In this document: positions 1-12,411 of the stretch, piece after piece
Numbering within the stretch: position 1 is the stretch's first letter
How the letters are laid out: each line of letters starts with the position of its first letter
From: Octopus bimaculoides
Taxonomy: Eukaryota
Direction of reading: 5' to 3'
NCBI RefSeq assembly: GCF_001194135.2
Contig: NC_068989.1
Span: 1,039,846-1,103,845, forward strand
DNA length: 64,000 nt
The notes under the pieces: generated by a model
Databases searched by the model: none
What the model saw: only the letters and a program-made list of their open reading frames with translations
What the model was told of the DNA's origin: nothing
Made by a program: the position numbers and the translations under genes

Positions 1-202
1 GTTTTCGTGCGGGTGACACGTAAAAGCACCCACTACACTCTCTGAGTGGTTGGCGTTAGGAAGGGCATCCAGCTGTAGAAACTCTGCCAAATCAGACTGG
101 AGCCTGGTGTTGCCATCCGGTTTCACCAGTCCTCAGTCAAATCGTCCAACCCATGCTAGCATGGAAAGCGGACGTTAAACGATGATGATGATGATGATGA
201 TG
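1..202 (+). mobile_element. Octopus SINE, family A (3' half, ends CGGACGTTAAAC(GAT)n)
   Basis: GAGTGGTTGGCGTTAGGAAGGGCATCCAGCTGTAGAAAC...CCAACCCATGCTAGCATGGAAAGCGGACGTTAAAC(GAT)n. Further copies (approximate): 3110-3298+, 21100-21450+, 36680-37130-, 38745-38922+, 46582-46655-, 55700-55818+, plus those listed separately. Confidence 0.85.
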
Positions 203-1185
203 AATCTCAGAAATGGTAAGTTATTACTGCTTGGTAATTATTAAGCTGCTCATTCATAATATAATCAGAAAGGAATATTTGTGTGCTGTGATATGATATA
301 AGCTGTGCCTCACATCTCTGCACATCAACAAACAATTCTTCTAATCTTATAACAATTCTTCGCTGCTAAGAAAATTCCTTCTAACAGTGTGGAATTTTTG
401 GTTCAAGAATTTTCATGTTTTTTGTATTCCATTGTCATTGATTGCTTGTGGTACTGAAGTCATTGCTTTAGATTATGTTGTTACCAAATAGATACATACC
501 ATGAGTTGGTAGAAATGATTCACCGTGAACCAGATGTGTTACAGTATAACTGCAAGTAGAAGGAGAAGAAGAAATGCTATGGTTATGTTGATACCATTAT
601 ATGACTGGTATTTTCTTGACTGTGTGAAGTGTGATACATTTTTGTCCTTCAGTTCCTCCCTTTATCTGCCAGTATGTTATTTCTTATAGAAGCATTGTCT
701 TTCTTCTCAGAAATCCTGAAACATGTTGTCTAAGAGTTCAGTCTCTCTGCAACCCATTCCACAAAATAAGACTAAGCCCAAGAGGAAACATCGACAGGGT
801 CACTCAACCTGCTAGAAATGGCGCCACATCTCCCTCAATCACACTTTATCGTCTTAAAAAGAAATATTAGTTTCACATTTTGACACAAAGCCAGTAATTT
901 CAGAGTTGGGGGTCAGATAATTTGATGACATTGACCCCTATCTTCAACTAGTATTTATTTTATCGATCCCAAAAGGATGACTTGGCAGAATTTGAACTCA
1001 GGATGTAAAGACAGACAAACTGCTGCTAAGTATTTCATCGTAGATCTGGTTGACCATTGCTGATCTATGACTTAACCATTCTCAAATAAGGAACAATAAA
1101 CAACTGTTTAATTTGCCTTTCTGCATTTTTCAAAAAATTTCTTTTTCCACTGATTTGTTTTTGTTTTTTTTGTTTGATTTTTTAG

Positions 1186-1255
1186 AGAGCAACCTCCTGA
1201 TTTTAACCGTGTTCCAAAGCGCAAAGGAAAACGTCAGCGATGTACCATATTATGA
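1186..1255 (+). CDS. Probable terminal coding exon of an upstream gene; polybasic tail plus CaaX prenylation motif (Ras-family small GTPase-like C-terminus)
   Basis: Long T-rich tract ending TTTTTAG at 1185, then A GAG CAA CCT ... TGT ACC ATA TTA TGA = (x)EQPPDFNRVPKRKGKRQRCTIL*. Polybasic stretch plus CTIL is a canonical geranylgeranylation signal. Upstream exons not identified in the window, so the family is an inference. Confidence 0.5.
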
Positions 1256-3344
1256 AGATTGGTCGATTGGGTTGCAGAAGAATTTGTGGCAAGAAGTGAT
1301 ATGAAGCAAAGATGGTTATCAAACACAGAAACTCACACAATGCAATGGAAAGGGATGGAATTGGTTCTGATAACCATTTATTATATGATAAGGATATCTA
1401 CTAACAGTACTAACCAAATTATTTTTTCCCTTTGAATAATGGTGATGATGATGATGATGATGGACAATCAGTGACTTACGGGACAATATTCTTGGGATGA
1501 ACAGGAAAAATACTGTTTTTTTTTTCTATACATGGGTTTACAGATGGACACAAATGCATTTCTTGAGATGCATAGAACTGCAACGACGTTCTATGTACAA
1601 CATCATCTGAGCCATACACGAAGCATGTGTACTTCGTACTGGCCAGTGTTGCAGTGTTGTTGTGAATGTCTTCAATGAATAACTTAAATTAATTTTACTT
1701 TGTGCATAACACACACACACACACACACACGCATGTATATATGTGTGTGTGTGTGTGTGTATATCATATTGCAATAAGAAGCGGTGGTTTGAATTCATTA
1801 TTACAGCTATATATGTGTGTGTGTGTACATGCACACACCACACATACATAATTGCACACACACATATACACACACGCACACACATACACATAGATACATA
1901 CAGACATACTTACATGGACATACAGACATATGCATGAATTATTTATACACCCATATCTCTATGTACACATATACATAAACATGTTTACATAAACACACAT
2001 ATGCATTCTCTATTTATCATCTGTGTTTATAATGGGGCAGGGGAATTTTTAATTGATTAATTAAAAAAAGGAATTTTTTTAAACAAAAAAATTGAGTTAT
2101 CTTACACTGTTTTTCTACATGTCCACATGTTGGGTAAAGTTAATCACACATGAGGGAAGGAAGTATTTTGACCTTCATGTAGGATACATCCATGAATATA
2201 TATATATATATATATGTATATATANNNNNNNNNNNNNNNNNNNNNNNNNNNNNNNNNNNNNNNNNNNNNNNNNNNNNNNNNNNNNNNNNNNNNNNNNNNN
2301 NNNNNNNNNNNNNNNNNNNNNNNNNNNNNNNNNNNNNNNNNNNNNNNNNNNNNNNNNNNNNNNNNNNNNNNNNNNNNNNNNNNNNNNNNNNNNNNNNNNN
2401 NNNNNNNNNNNNNNNNNNNNNNNNNNNNNNNNNNNNNNNNNNNNNNNNNNNNNNNNNNNNNNNNNNNNNNNNNNNNNNNNNNNNNNNNNATTGTTGTTTT
2501 TAGCCCCTTGGTGGGGCTAAAACAACAGTAACACTACCCTCTATAGGACAGCCACATTTAGTTGAGAAATATATTTTATGATTCCGTACTGTTACTGTTT
2601 CTTTCTCGCTCAGAGATTTAGTATAATTTATCTCTCTCTTTATATATATGTATATGTATATATGTGTGTGTGTGTGTGTATGAATATCAGGTATTCATTA
2701 AAGTACATGCATGCATAAAAACACATGTTGTGATCATCTACAATCATATTGTTGTCATTCACGCATACATACATACAGTCACATATATCCTTACAATCAC
2801 ACACATACACATACACTGTAACACATGAAATTTTATGTACGCATTTATGGAAACAGACAGTCATTTTTCGGCACATACATACATACAAGGATTGCATACA
2901 CTCATCCACACACACATATGTTGCTTATAACTGCCACAAAAGCTAACAGTTGCACAAGAAGCCATGCAGATCCCTCTGTGGGGAACCAGCTCTCCCCGAC
3001 AGCTCTCTCTCCTCATAATAATGCCCTTGTCCTCTAGCAGGAAGCTGACCCCAGTTTACCTCCCACGAGGTTCATAGTCCTGCAAATTGCATGGTGACCC
3101 CAGTAGAACAGATGGTATGTAAAAAGCACCCAGTTCACGCTGGAAAGGGGTTGGCATTTGGAAGGGTGTCCAGTCATAGGAACTATGTCAAAGCAGGCCT
3201 CAGTGGATGGTGAGGCAGTCCTTGGACACACTGGATCCTCTTCAAACCATCCAACCCATGCCAGCATGGAACATGGATGTTAAAGGATGATGATGATCAT
3301 ACATACATACAGGCATACATATATATATACATATATCTATATAC

Positions 3345-3575
3345 ATCATCATCATCATCGTTTAACGTCCGCTTTCCATGCCAGCATGGGTTGGACGATT
3401 TGACTGAGGGCTGGTGAACCAGATGGCTACACCAGGCTCCAATCTGATTTGACAGAGTTTCTACAACCAGATGCCCTTCCTAACGCCAACCACGGGTGCT
3501 TTTACGTGCCACCGGTGCGAAGGCCAGTCAGGTGGTACTGGCAATGCCCACGCGCAAAATGGTATATTTTACGTG
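3345..3575 (-). mobile_element. SINE family A copy
   Basis: (CAT)n CGTTTAACGTCCGCTTTCCATGCCAGCATGGGTTGGACG...GATGCCCTTCCTAACGCCAACCAC is the reverse complement of 1-202. Confidence 0.85.
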
Positions 3576-4349
3576 CCACAATATATATATATATATATAT
3601 ATAGATATCCATATATATATNNNNNNNNNNNNNNNNNNNNNNNNNNNNNNNNNNNNNNNNNNNNNNNNNNNNNNNNNNNNNNNNNNNNNNNNNNNNNNNN
3701 NNNNNNNNNNNNNNNNNNNNNNNNNNNNNNNNNNNNNNNNNNNNNNNNNNNNNNNNNNNNNNNNNNNNNNNNNNNNNNNNNNNNNNNNNNNNNNNNNNNN
3801 NNNNNNNNNNNNNNNNNNNNNNNNNNNNNNNNNNNNNNNNNNNNNNNNNNNNNNNNNNNNNNNNNNNNNNNNNNNNNNNNNNNNNNNNNNNNNNNNNNNN
3901 NNNNNNNNNNNNNNNNNNNNNNNNNNNNNNNNNNNNNNNNNNNNNNNNNNNNNNNNNNNNNNNNNNNNNNNNNNNNNNNNNNNNNNNNNNNNNNNNNNNN
4001 NNNNNNNNNNNNNNNNNNNNNNNNNNNNNNNNNNNNNNNNNNNNNNNNNNNNNNNNNNNNNNNNNNNNNNNNNNNNNNNNNNNNNNNNNNNNNNNNNNNN
4101 NNNNNNNNNNNNNNNNNNNNNNNNNNNNNNNNNNNNNNNNNNNNNNNNNNNNNNNNNNNNNNNNNNNNNNNNNNNNNNNNNNNNNNNNNNNNNNNNNNNN
4201 NNNNNNNNNNNNNNNNNNNNNNNNNNNNNNNNNNNNNNNNNNNNNNNNNTCTCCCACCACCACCACCACAAATTTCACTGAAGCGATTAAGACAGAAAAG
4301 AAAGATTCTTAACTTTCACTGCCCAACAAATAAAAAACACGGTTAAACT

Positions 4350-4590
4350 ATAGTAGACAGACAGACAGACAGACAGATAGATAGATAGATAGATAGAAAC
4401 AGACAAATAGATAGATAGGGAAATAGATAGATAGATAGATAGAGAGAGATAGGGAAATAGATAGATAAATAGATAGATAGATAGATAGATAGATAGAAAC
4501 AGACAGATGGATAGATAGATAGATAGGGAAATAGATAGATAGAGAGAGAGAGAGAGATAGGGAAATAGATAGATAGATAGATAGATAGAT
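4350..4590 (+). repeat. (GACA)n/(GATA)n compound microsatellite with higher-order duplication
   Basis: GATA array with recurring interruptions GAAACAGACA and GATAGGGAAAT appearing in two blocks. Confidence 0.9.
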
Positions 4591-4647
4591 AACGTTCCTT
4601 TATTAGCCATACAGGGCTGTACACAGAGGGGACAAATATAATTACTC

Positions 4648-4985
4648 TTTTACTTGTTTCAGCCTTTAGTCGAGAAAATCGACGCTAGGACCCACTCTTT
4701 GGAATCCCAGCACCTATCCCATCGGTCTCCCTTGCCGAACTGCCAAGCCACGGGGACGTAAACACATCAGTATCGGTTGTCAAGTGATGTTGGGGGGACA
4801 AACACGGACACACAAACACACATATACGACGGGCCACCTTCAGCCTCCGTCCACCAAACCCACTGACAAGGCCCCGGTCGGCCCGAGGCCACAGCAGAAG
4901 ACGCCCGCCCAAGGCGCCACGCAGTGGGACCGAACCCGGAACCGTGTGGTTGGCAAGCGAGCCACTTACCACACATCCACTCCTT
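4648..4985 (-). mobile_element. Octopus tRNA-derived SINE, family B (near full length)
   Basis: Minus strand head GGAGTGGATGTGTGGTAAGTGGCTCGCTTGCCAACCACACGGTTCCGGGTTCGGTCCCACTGCGTGGCGCC with A/B boxes, central (TG)n, tail ...CTGAAACAAGTAAAAGA. Further copies (approximate): 6660-6860+, 9705-9900-, 29755-29960+, 47905-48190-, 48650-48868-, 59030-59335-. Confidence 0.85.
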
Positions 4986-5838
4986 ATATATACATATATA
5001 TAATGGTGGCAGCTGAGGAAGGAGATGTTTCTGTGGCTTGCTTGTTTGTTGTACCTTGTTTATCTTCTTGTCCATGTTCTTTTGCCACGTCATGTACCCA
5101 GTTATGTATCTATATGTACATGTAGATGAAGGTATGTACATACATGTACATATATATGCATATACTCATATATTGTTTGTATCACGACAGAACGCACGCG
5201 TTAACCTTTATACAGTAAGTTTTAACTATATATATATAAACATGTGTGTGTGTATGTGCATGGAATGATATTCTTGCTTTTGTTTTCTGTCCCATGTTAG
5301 TTTTAATCAAGCAGACATTTGTTACAGCAATTCAGTCCCGTTCACTGATCCATACCTTTGGGTATGTTACAGATCTGTTTTGTTTACTTGAGGACCATAC
5401 TGCACATTTGTCTGACAGGTGTGACAGTTTGGGCAATCTACTTAAAAGATCACATGTATATGCCTATATGAAGAGGATGTGTGTGTGTATATGTGTTTCC
5501 CTATGTGAGAACACATCTTTGTTTGCATGTGCATATGTGTGTAGAGACAACTGCATAAAGAGATAACATACCTATCGTGATTTCATTGTCACATTTCCCC
5601 TTCAGAGCATCAATCACAGTCTGTGTTTGGATGAGAGCAAGTTGACTTATATATATATACCAGTACCAGATGTATAAGAAATAAGTACTAGGGTTAATTT
5701 GTTAACCCTACTAGGTAGTGCCCCAGCATGACCACATTCACACATATACATGTGTGTGTGTGTGAACTCACTGGAGTTACTGTATGTATTAATTCATAAA
5801 ACATACCAAAAATGCTTCTCTGCTCTGTTGTTTGTGAC

Positions 5839-5920
5839 CATGTGTGACTTAGTGGCCATATATGTGACTTAGTGGCCACATGTGTGACTTAGTGGCCACA
5901 TGTGTGTGTTAGTGAGACAT
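5839..5920 (+). repeat. 20-bp minisatellite, about 4 units
   Basis: CATGTGTGACTTAGTGGCCA x3 (one variant) plus a decayed fourth unit. Confidence 0.9.
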
Positions 5921-7155
5921 GTCTCCATGGATGAATTTTCTATTTTTGCATTTTTGTGTTTCTAGATTTACTGTGGCAAGGTTGCTGTCTGCAACTCTAA
6001 TTGCTATATATAAACCTGTGTATATACACGGCTGGCTACCAGCCAGTTATTCTATGAATGTGTTTGTACTAATGAAACATCTGGGAAGAATATGTGTGTA
6101 GATGTACATAGGAGGTACGGTGTATATACAAATGGGTCTATATTTGTAGATACGGATATAATTAATCTCCCCCCTTTCTCTCTCCATATATATATATCCA
6201 TCTATTTATGTATATATATGTACAAATATATATACATGTATGTGTGTGTTTGTATACGCACACATGCATTCATAACCATTCATTATCGTGTATGTGTATG
6301 TGTGTGTGTGTGTGTGTGTGTTCTCGCGCACGTAGGTAGTTCTCTTCTCACGTTAAATACTTTTCTATTCATGAAACATACAATTTCATTTTCAAACCTG
6401 ACAATCTACCATTCAATTCATCAACACCTTCCCGTCTCGGCCCATTGCTGCCACTCCTATCTCTTTCTAGCGAATATATCAGCCTCGTTGTTATTACTGA
6501 CGTTTTTTCACGTTTTGTTTCTCCAATAATTATCTCCCCTTATCCGTTCATTTCGATATTGATCTCTCGGTGAATTTTGGGTTACATTTACATTGCTAAG
6601 CTTTGTTTCCCTCCCCTTACCCTCATACACACACACTCACACACACATATATATATATGTACGGACGCACGCACACATTGGTCTAACCGATGTTGGTGTT
6701 CTTTACGTCTCCGTAAGTTAGCGGTTTGGCACAAGAGACCAATAGAATAAGTACTAGGCTTATAAAGAATAAGTTCTGGGGTCGATTTGTTCAAATAAAG
6801 GCGGTGCTCCAGCATGGCCGCAGTCAAATGACTGAAACAAGTAAAAGAATAAAAGAATAAATTAAAATATATATAATAACAATAAAAACAATAAAGGAAA
6901 TGAGAGCTGTGGACAGAGGCTGAGGGTTTGGATTCTAATAATCCTTTCTGTCAAAGGTAAAAAGACCTGAAATAATGGAGGAAGGGATTGTTGATTATAT
7001 TGAGCCCAGTACATGACTGGTACTTATTTCATTGACCCTGCAAAAATGAAAGGCAAAATTGACCTTGGCACAATTTGAACTCAGATTGTAAAGGCAGATG
7101 AAATGCCACTAAGTATTTTGCCTGGCATGCTAACAATTCTGCCAGCTCCACCACC

Positions 7156-7189
<34 letters not shown>

Positions 7190-8689
7190 TAATAATAATG
7201 ATGATGATGATGATGATGATGACGATGATGACGATGATGATGATGATGATGATGATGATCTCATTTATTTGCCATTAGGGCAATGGGTGAGGGGGACAAT
7301 ACAGAGACAGACATAAATAACCAATTGTTTTTCTTTTCATATTTACGTTTAGAATGTATTTTTTTAATTAATATTTTTTTAGTTTAATCTTTGATCATCA
7401 TTGAATTTTATTCTGGAGGGGGAATGTCATATCAGGCTGGATTTGAACCAGCAGCCTTTATTTCGAAGAGGTTAGTAGTGGGAGAAATGTTAATCTTACA
7501 TACAGATCAATTGATTGTTTTCAATTGTATTATAAACAGATATGTATATGTATTCGCCGTGATTGACAGCCAGTCAGTGAGAAAATATAAAACAAAGCTT
7601 TTGTTATCATAATCAACTCAGCTGCCACAACTTTAATGAAATGGTGGACTGATGGAAGAATGAATTCTTATTTTGATTGTCTTTACTCTCTCAAATGGTT
7701 GTTGTTTTCTTAGTCTAATATAAACAGAATGTCCAATCTTTGATTAGAGTTTAATGAATGTTACTGATTTTTTGGGAGAATGAAACCAGCAGAGATGACC
7801 AAGTCTAGTTTAAAGTAACAGTCTAACTGCTTTACTTTACTGAGTTTTCTTGTTTGCAAGCGGTCAACCAACTACAACATAAACACTCACTCACTGACCG
7901 TCTCTCACATGCTTTCATCTCTTGCTACTAAATTCATATTACAAGAGCCTCAGCTCCTTTGAATCAGCTGATTGCCTACCATTTCTCACCCAGACCCTAC
8001 CAACACAGCCATTTATTTCTTGCAGGGGTTGCTTGTCTAAATTCAGAGAAGCAGCTCAAAATTTGCAAAAAATAAAGGAATTGTGTGAAAAAGTAACCCA
8101 AAATGAAAACCGTTACATTATGAGAATCAACGACAACCTGAATCTCCTTTATCTTCTTGTCCCACCCTCAGTCCATCAGACTCCACACTTTCTTTTGTAG
8201 TAAGGCATATGTGTCTTTGAGTCAGTTGGTAGCTTCTCAGGTATTCCAGCCATTGACCACCGTTTGACAGTGCTTTTATCTTTCACATAGCATCTCTTCT
8301 ATCTTTACATAATTTTTGTCAGACCAGTCACCATTTGAGGAAACCTATTTAGGCAGCAGCTGTTCTGTAGGCTGCTTCATGTAACTATGTCCAAGAAACA
8401 TGAACTGGACCAGTTGTCAGATGGAGGAGTGTCTGCTAGCACTGTTGGTTGGTTGGTTGGTCCTTTTTGCTATGAGAGCACATTGTACTTTAGGGGTTTT
8501 TCACTTGCTTGTAACTCTGTTTGACAAGCAAATTATATGTATCAAAATATGTGATCAGTAAGGCAAATAAATAAGCTTCCCTTGTGGCATGTACACAGCT
8601 TATATCTGCAATGTTGTCTCTATGACTAAGTTCACAATCTAACAGACATCAACGATTTGATTGCAAATGCCACCAGCTGTAAAATCATT

Positions 8690-9050
8690 AAAGGGAATTC
8701 TTCTTGAAGCCCAGAGTAGATTTCGCATGTCTTGAAGTATCAAGGACAAGATTTCTACTCCATGACAAATCAAGGAAAATCTATAGAACAATGTCTTCCA
8801 CTTTTCATCATATCAAATTGAGTTTACAAAGACCTTCTACAATGTGGAAGAGTGGGTTTATGGACCCTGCTCAAAAGATACGAATGCCCAGACAAATGTA
8901 TGGAAACTGTCAAGCAGTTTTATGACAGCACATCTGTCATGATCTCTTTCTTTGGAGTGGGTTTGCGCTCTCTTACCAGTCACCCATTGTTGAGTAAAAC
9001 AAGACTACACTTGTTCCAGCTCTATTTCGGTTATTTCTGGATGCTTGCTT
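8690..9050 (+). mobile_element. Non-LTR retrotransposon (RTE-like) RT fossil
   Basis: ...LTKTFYNVEEWVY / GLWTLLKRYECPDKCMETVKQFYDS resembles the RTE RT segment DLxKAFDxV..GLWxxLxKxGCPxKFxxxxRQFHD. Frameshifted. Confidence 0.6.
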
Positions 9051-9149
9051 GAAAAAAGTAGCAAGTGAACTTAGTCACTGTATATATTTGCACAAGCGTG
9101 GGTTGTTGAGTATATCTAGACAAGGATCCATTGTGATATGGATATTTGT

Positions 9150-9600
9150 GAGCTTCTTTTCACTGATGACTCAGTCCCAGTGACTGATTCTTTAGAAGAC
9201 ATCCAGAAAATTACTCATCCATTCTTGTTTCCATGGCCACTCCCAAGATATGTTGGTAAAACTCCCCCACGAATGAGAAGCAGTTGAGGGAGAGGACAAT
9301 TTGGCTAGACAAAGAAGTGTGGAGGCATCAGGTTGAGGGTCAGGCCGAAGGTCAAGGAAGTGTTTAAGTACAAGAAGGCCTTCATTGTGTGGGATCATTG
9401 TGTACAAAGACTTAATGTTGAGAGTGAACAGAAGTTGAGAGGGGCCAACTGCAGTTAAGTTCTGATCTTTGAGTTTCTTAAAATGTCTTTTGAAGCCTCC
9501 TTTAGATATTGCAGACCTTATGGTAAACACGGCATTGAAAGATGTACACAGATATATTGGCAGAATAGTTAGCAGAGGTTCATTTATCATGGGTCCTCAA
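9150..9600 (-). mobile_element. Penelope-like reverse transcriptase fossil
   Basis: LLFTLNIKSLYTMIPHNEGLLVLKHFLDLRPDPQPDASTLLCLAKL matches the PLE RT motif D(V/I)KSLYTxIPHxEG...L. Confidence 0.75.
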
Positions 9601-9899
9601 ATGAGATTTGAACCCAGCAAAAAAAAAAGCCATGGTCTGTCACAAACTGTATGGGTATGTCTACATACGAATGTGTGTGTCTATATATAGATATATAAAT
9701 TCTTTTATTCTTTTATTTATTTCAGTCATTTGACTGTGGCCATGCTGGAGCACCGCCTTTAGTCGAACAAATTGACCACAGGACTTATTCTTTGCAAGCC
9801 TAGTATTTATTCTATCGATTTCTTTTGCCAAACCACTAAGTTACGGGGGCATAAACACCAGCATCGCTTGTCAAGCAATGGTGAGAGGACAAACACATC

Positions 9900-9932
<33 letters not shown>

Positions 9933-10170
9933 NNNNNNNNNNNNNNNNNNNNNNNNNNNNNNNNNNNNNNNNNNNNNNNNNNNNNNNNNNNNNNNNNNNN
10001 NNNNNNNNNNNNNNNNNNNNNNNNNNNNNNNNNNNNNNNNNNNNNNNNNNNNNNNNNNNNNNNNNNNNNNNNNNNNNNNNNNNNNNNNNNNNNNNNNNNN
10101 NNNNNNNNNNNNNNNNNNNNNNNNNNNNNNNNNNNNNNNNNNNNNNNNNNNNNNNNNNNNNNNNNNNNNN

Positions 10171-10210
<40 letters not shown>

Positions 10211-10959
10211 TCACACACATATAGATACAAATGTATTATATATACAGTGAAAGAGAGAGAGAGAGAGAGAGAGGTGGGGGAGCAAAAAGCTCCACTTCTG
10301 CTACAAAGTTATTCTCAGTTACGAGTGACAGCCAACAAAAAAAATCAAAGAGACTCTCTGTCTGTCTGTCTGTCTCTCTATCTCTCTGTCTCTGTCTGTC
10401 TGTCTCTCTCTCTCTGTCTCTCTCTTTCTCTATCTATCTATATATATTCAGCCCTGCATCATACTTAATGTATATACAATGTTGATAGGCCAGATATTAT
10501 GGTATTCATACTGAGATAACATCTCTTATAGACTTGCTGTGTTAAAAACACAATAAATATCTGAGGGAGGCCAGATTTGATTAGAAGATATATCAACCTC
10601 ACGAAGGGATGGTTGTATCCAAGGAAATACTGGTTCAATAAGAAGAAGGAAAACGGAGATAAGGAAGTTAATAATTGTTTATTATTAACAAATTGGTCAA
10701 TTTTGATTCTTACAGCTGTTTCAATTAATACTCAATAATTAATTCTCAATACTGAGAATACTACAGGAGTTACTACTCAGAAATCTAGAATTTTGTATTT
10801 GTGAAACTACTGGCACAAAACTGTGGATTGGTGAGTACCTGAGTACCTCAGTATCTCAGTGCCTCCTGTTGTACTTTCAGGTAATAAAAGAATTATGTAT
10901 ATTCTTAGCTTTATATGTCAAGTTCTCTTTCTTTCATTTGTAAAAAGCAAATGTACTTC

Positions 10960-11012
<53 letters not shown>

Positions 11013-11380
11013 CAGAGATTTGTACATGAAAGGAAAAGACAGCATAGACCCTTGATGAGATTTGAACTTAAGACCTGATCAGCCATGAATGTCCTTTTGA
11101 TGAAAATATGTTAAAAGAAAAACAAATAAAACCAAAAATTTCAATGACTTTTTTAAAATTTATTTTTGTCTTTGATTCATTTAATCTAAGAAGATATTTC
11201 AGTCTGTTTAGTATTTACATTTTATAAATAAAGATTTTAGCTAAACGGATTTGTGATCTTGTGTCTGAATTGTTTGTTGGTTGTGTTTGTTGGTTGTTTT
11301 AATTGTTTGTACCTTTATTATGTTTGTGTGTTGGTGGCAAAGAGATTAACTTTCATTGACTATCATGGATTATTGCAATA

Positions 11381-12361
11381 TCACTCGGAATCTGAAGCTT
11401 TGAGGGACATTGTTGTATGGGTCACTTCTATAAACAGCCCATTAGATGACCATCCAACTGGTTTAGAAAGTGGGTAGAACTCCTTGTAAGTTCCCATGGG
11501 TAGATTCAAATTGACAGATGCACATCCGGGCCCGAACCACCAAGCTGAACGGGAATCGAGGGCACAGCCATATTCGTCTTTGTCAGGAGTTGCAAATGGT
11601 TGTCCCCTGAGGTCTTGCTTCTCGTCTTCAGGCTGGAATCCATTACTCAAACTGCTGTCTTTAGGTTTGAAATCTTCAAAGTTCATTCGAAAGAGATCTT
11701 CTTCAGAAGAAACAGTGAAATGAGTGTATATAATTTCAAAGTCTCCAGCTTTAATCACAAGGTCGTATTTGTCCTGGCAAATAAAATGAATATCATCAGA
11801 GATTCTTCGATACATTTATGTCAAATGTCACCGACATCTACGTGCAAACAAAACACACACACACATATATTGATTCACACACACACACACACACACACAA
11901 ATATATATTGTTTTTTGATAATACATCTAAAGAAAACAAAGCTTGAAGTGCTTACTTGGCTTGTGATGGCATGGAGTAAATCATTACCCAGCCAATAATC
12001 ACAGTCTTTGTCACCAAAGCCAAGTTGGTAATCTTGCCATCCACGGAAGAAATCTTCCCTTTCACAAGTCCTGTCAGTTCTCTTTTGGAAGAGCATGTAT
12101 CCACCCAGTGACATTTGGCAGTAGACTTTCACTGTTTTATCCATGTCTATTGGTTGAATTTCATACATTCCATCTTCGTGAGCACCATTTAGGTAGACTT
12201 CTCGACAATCTGCAAGAAATTTCAATACAAACAGTACAAGGTTCAGGCAAACCCCCACACCTCAAAAAACCCCCAAAAGTACAAAGCAAATATACGACAT
12301 GTGTTTCTTTCTATGGTGCCAGTTTGGGGGGGGGGTGATGAAAGTGGTTTCAGGGATGACA

Positions 12362-12411
<50 letters not shown>

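Noticed and set aside
492-560. Exon-like TYHELVEMIHREPDVLQYNCK, reminiscent of the Ras C-terminal helix
   Set aside because: Weak donor (GTAGAA), weak polypyrimidine tract and only a 5-residue resemblance; not enough to link it to the CaaX exon.
5839-5920. Short direct repeats as a CRISPR-like array
   Set aside because: Contiguous tandem units without unique spacers, in a eukaryotic genome with no cas genes.
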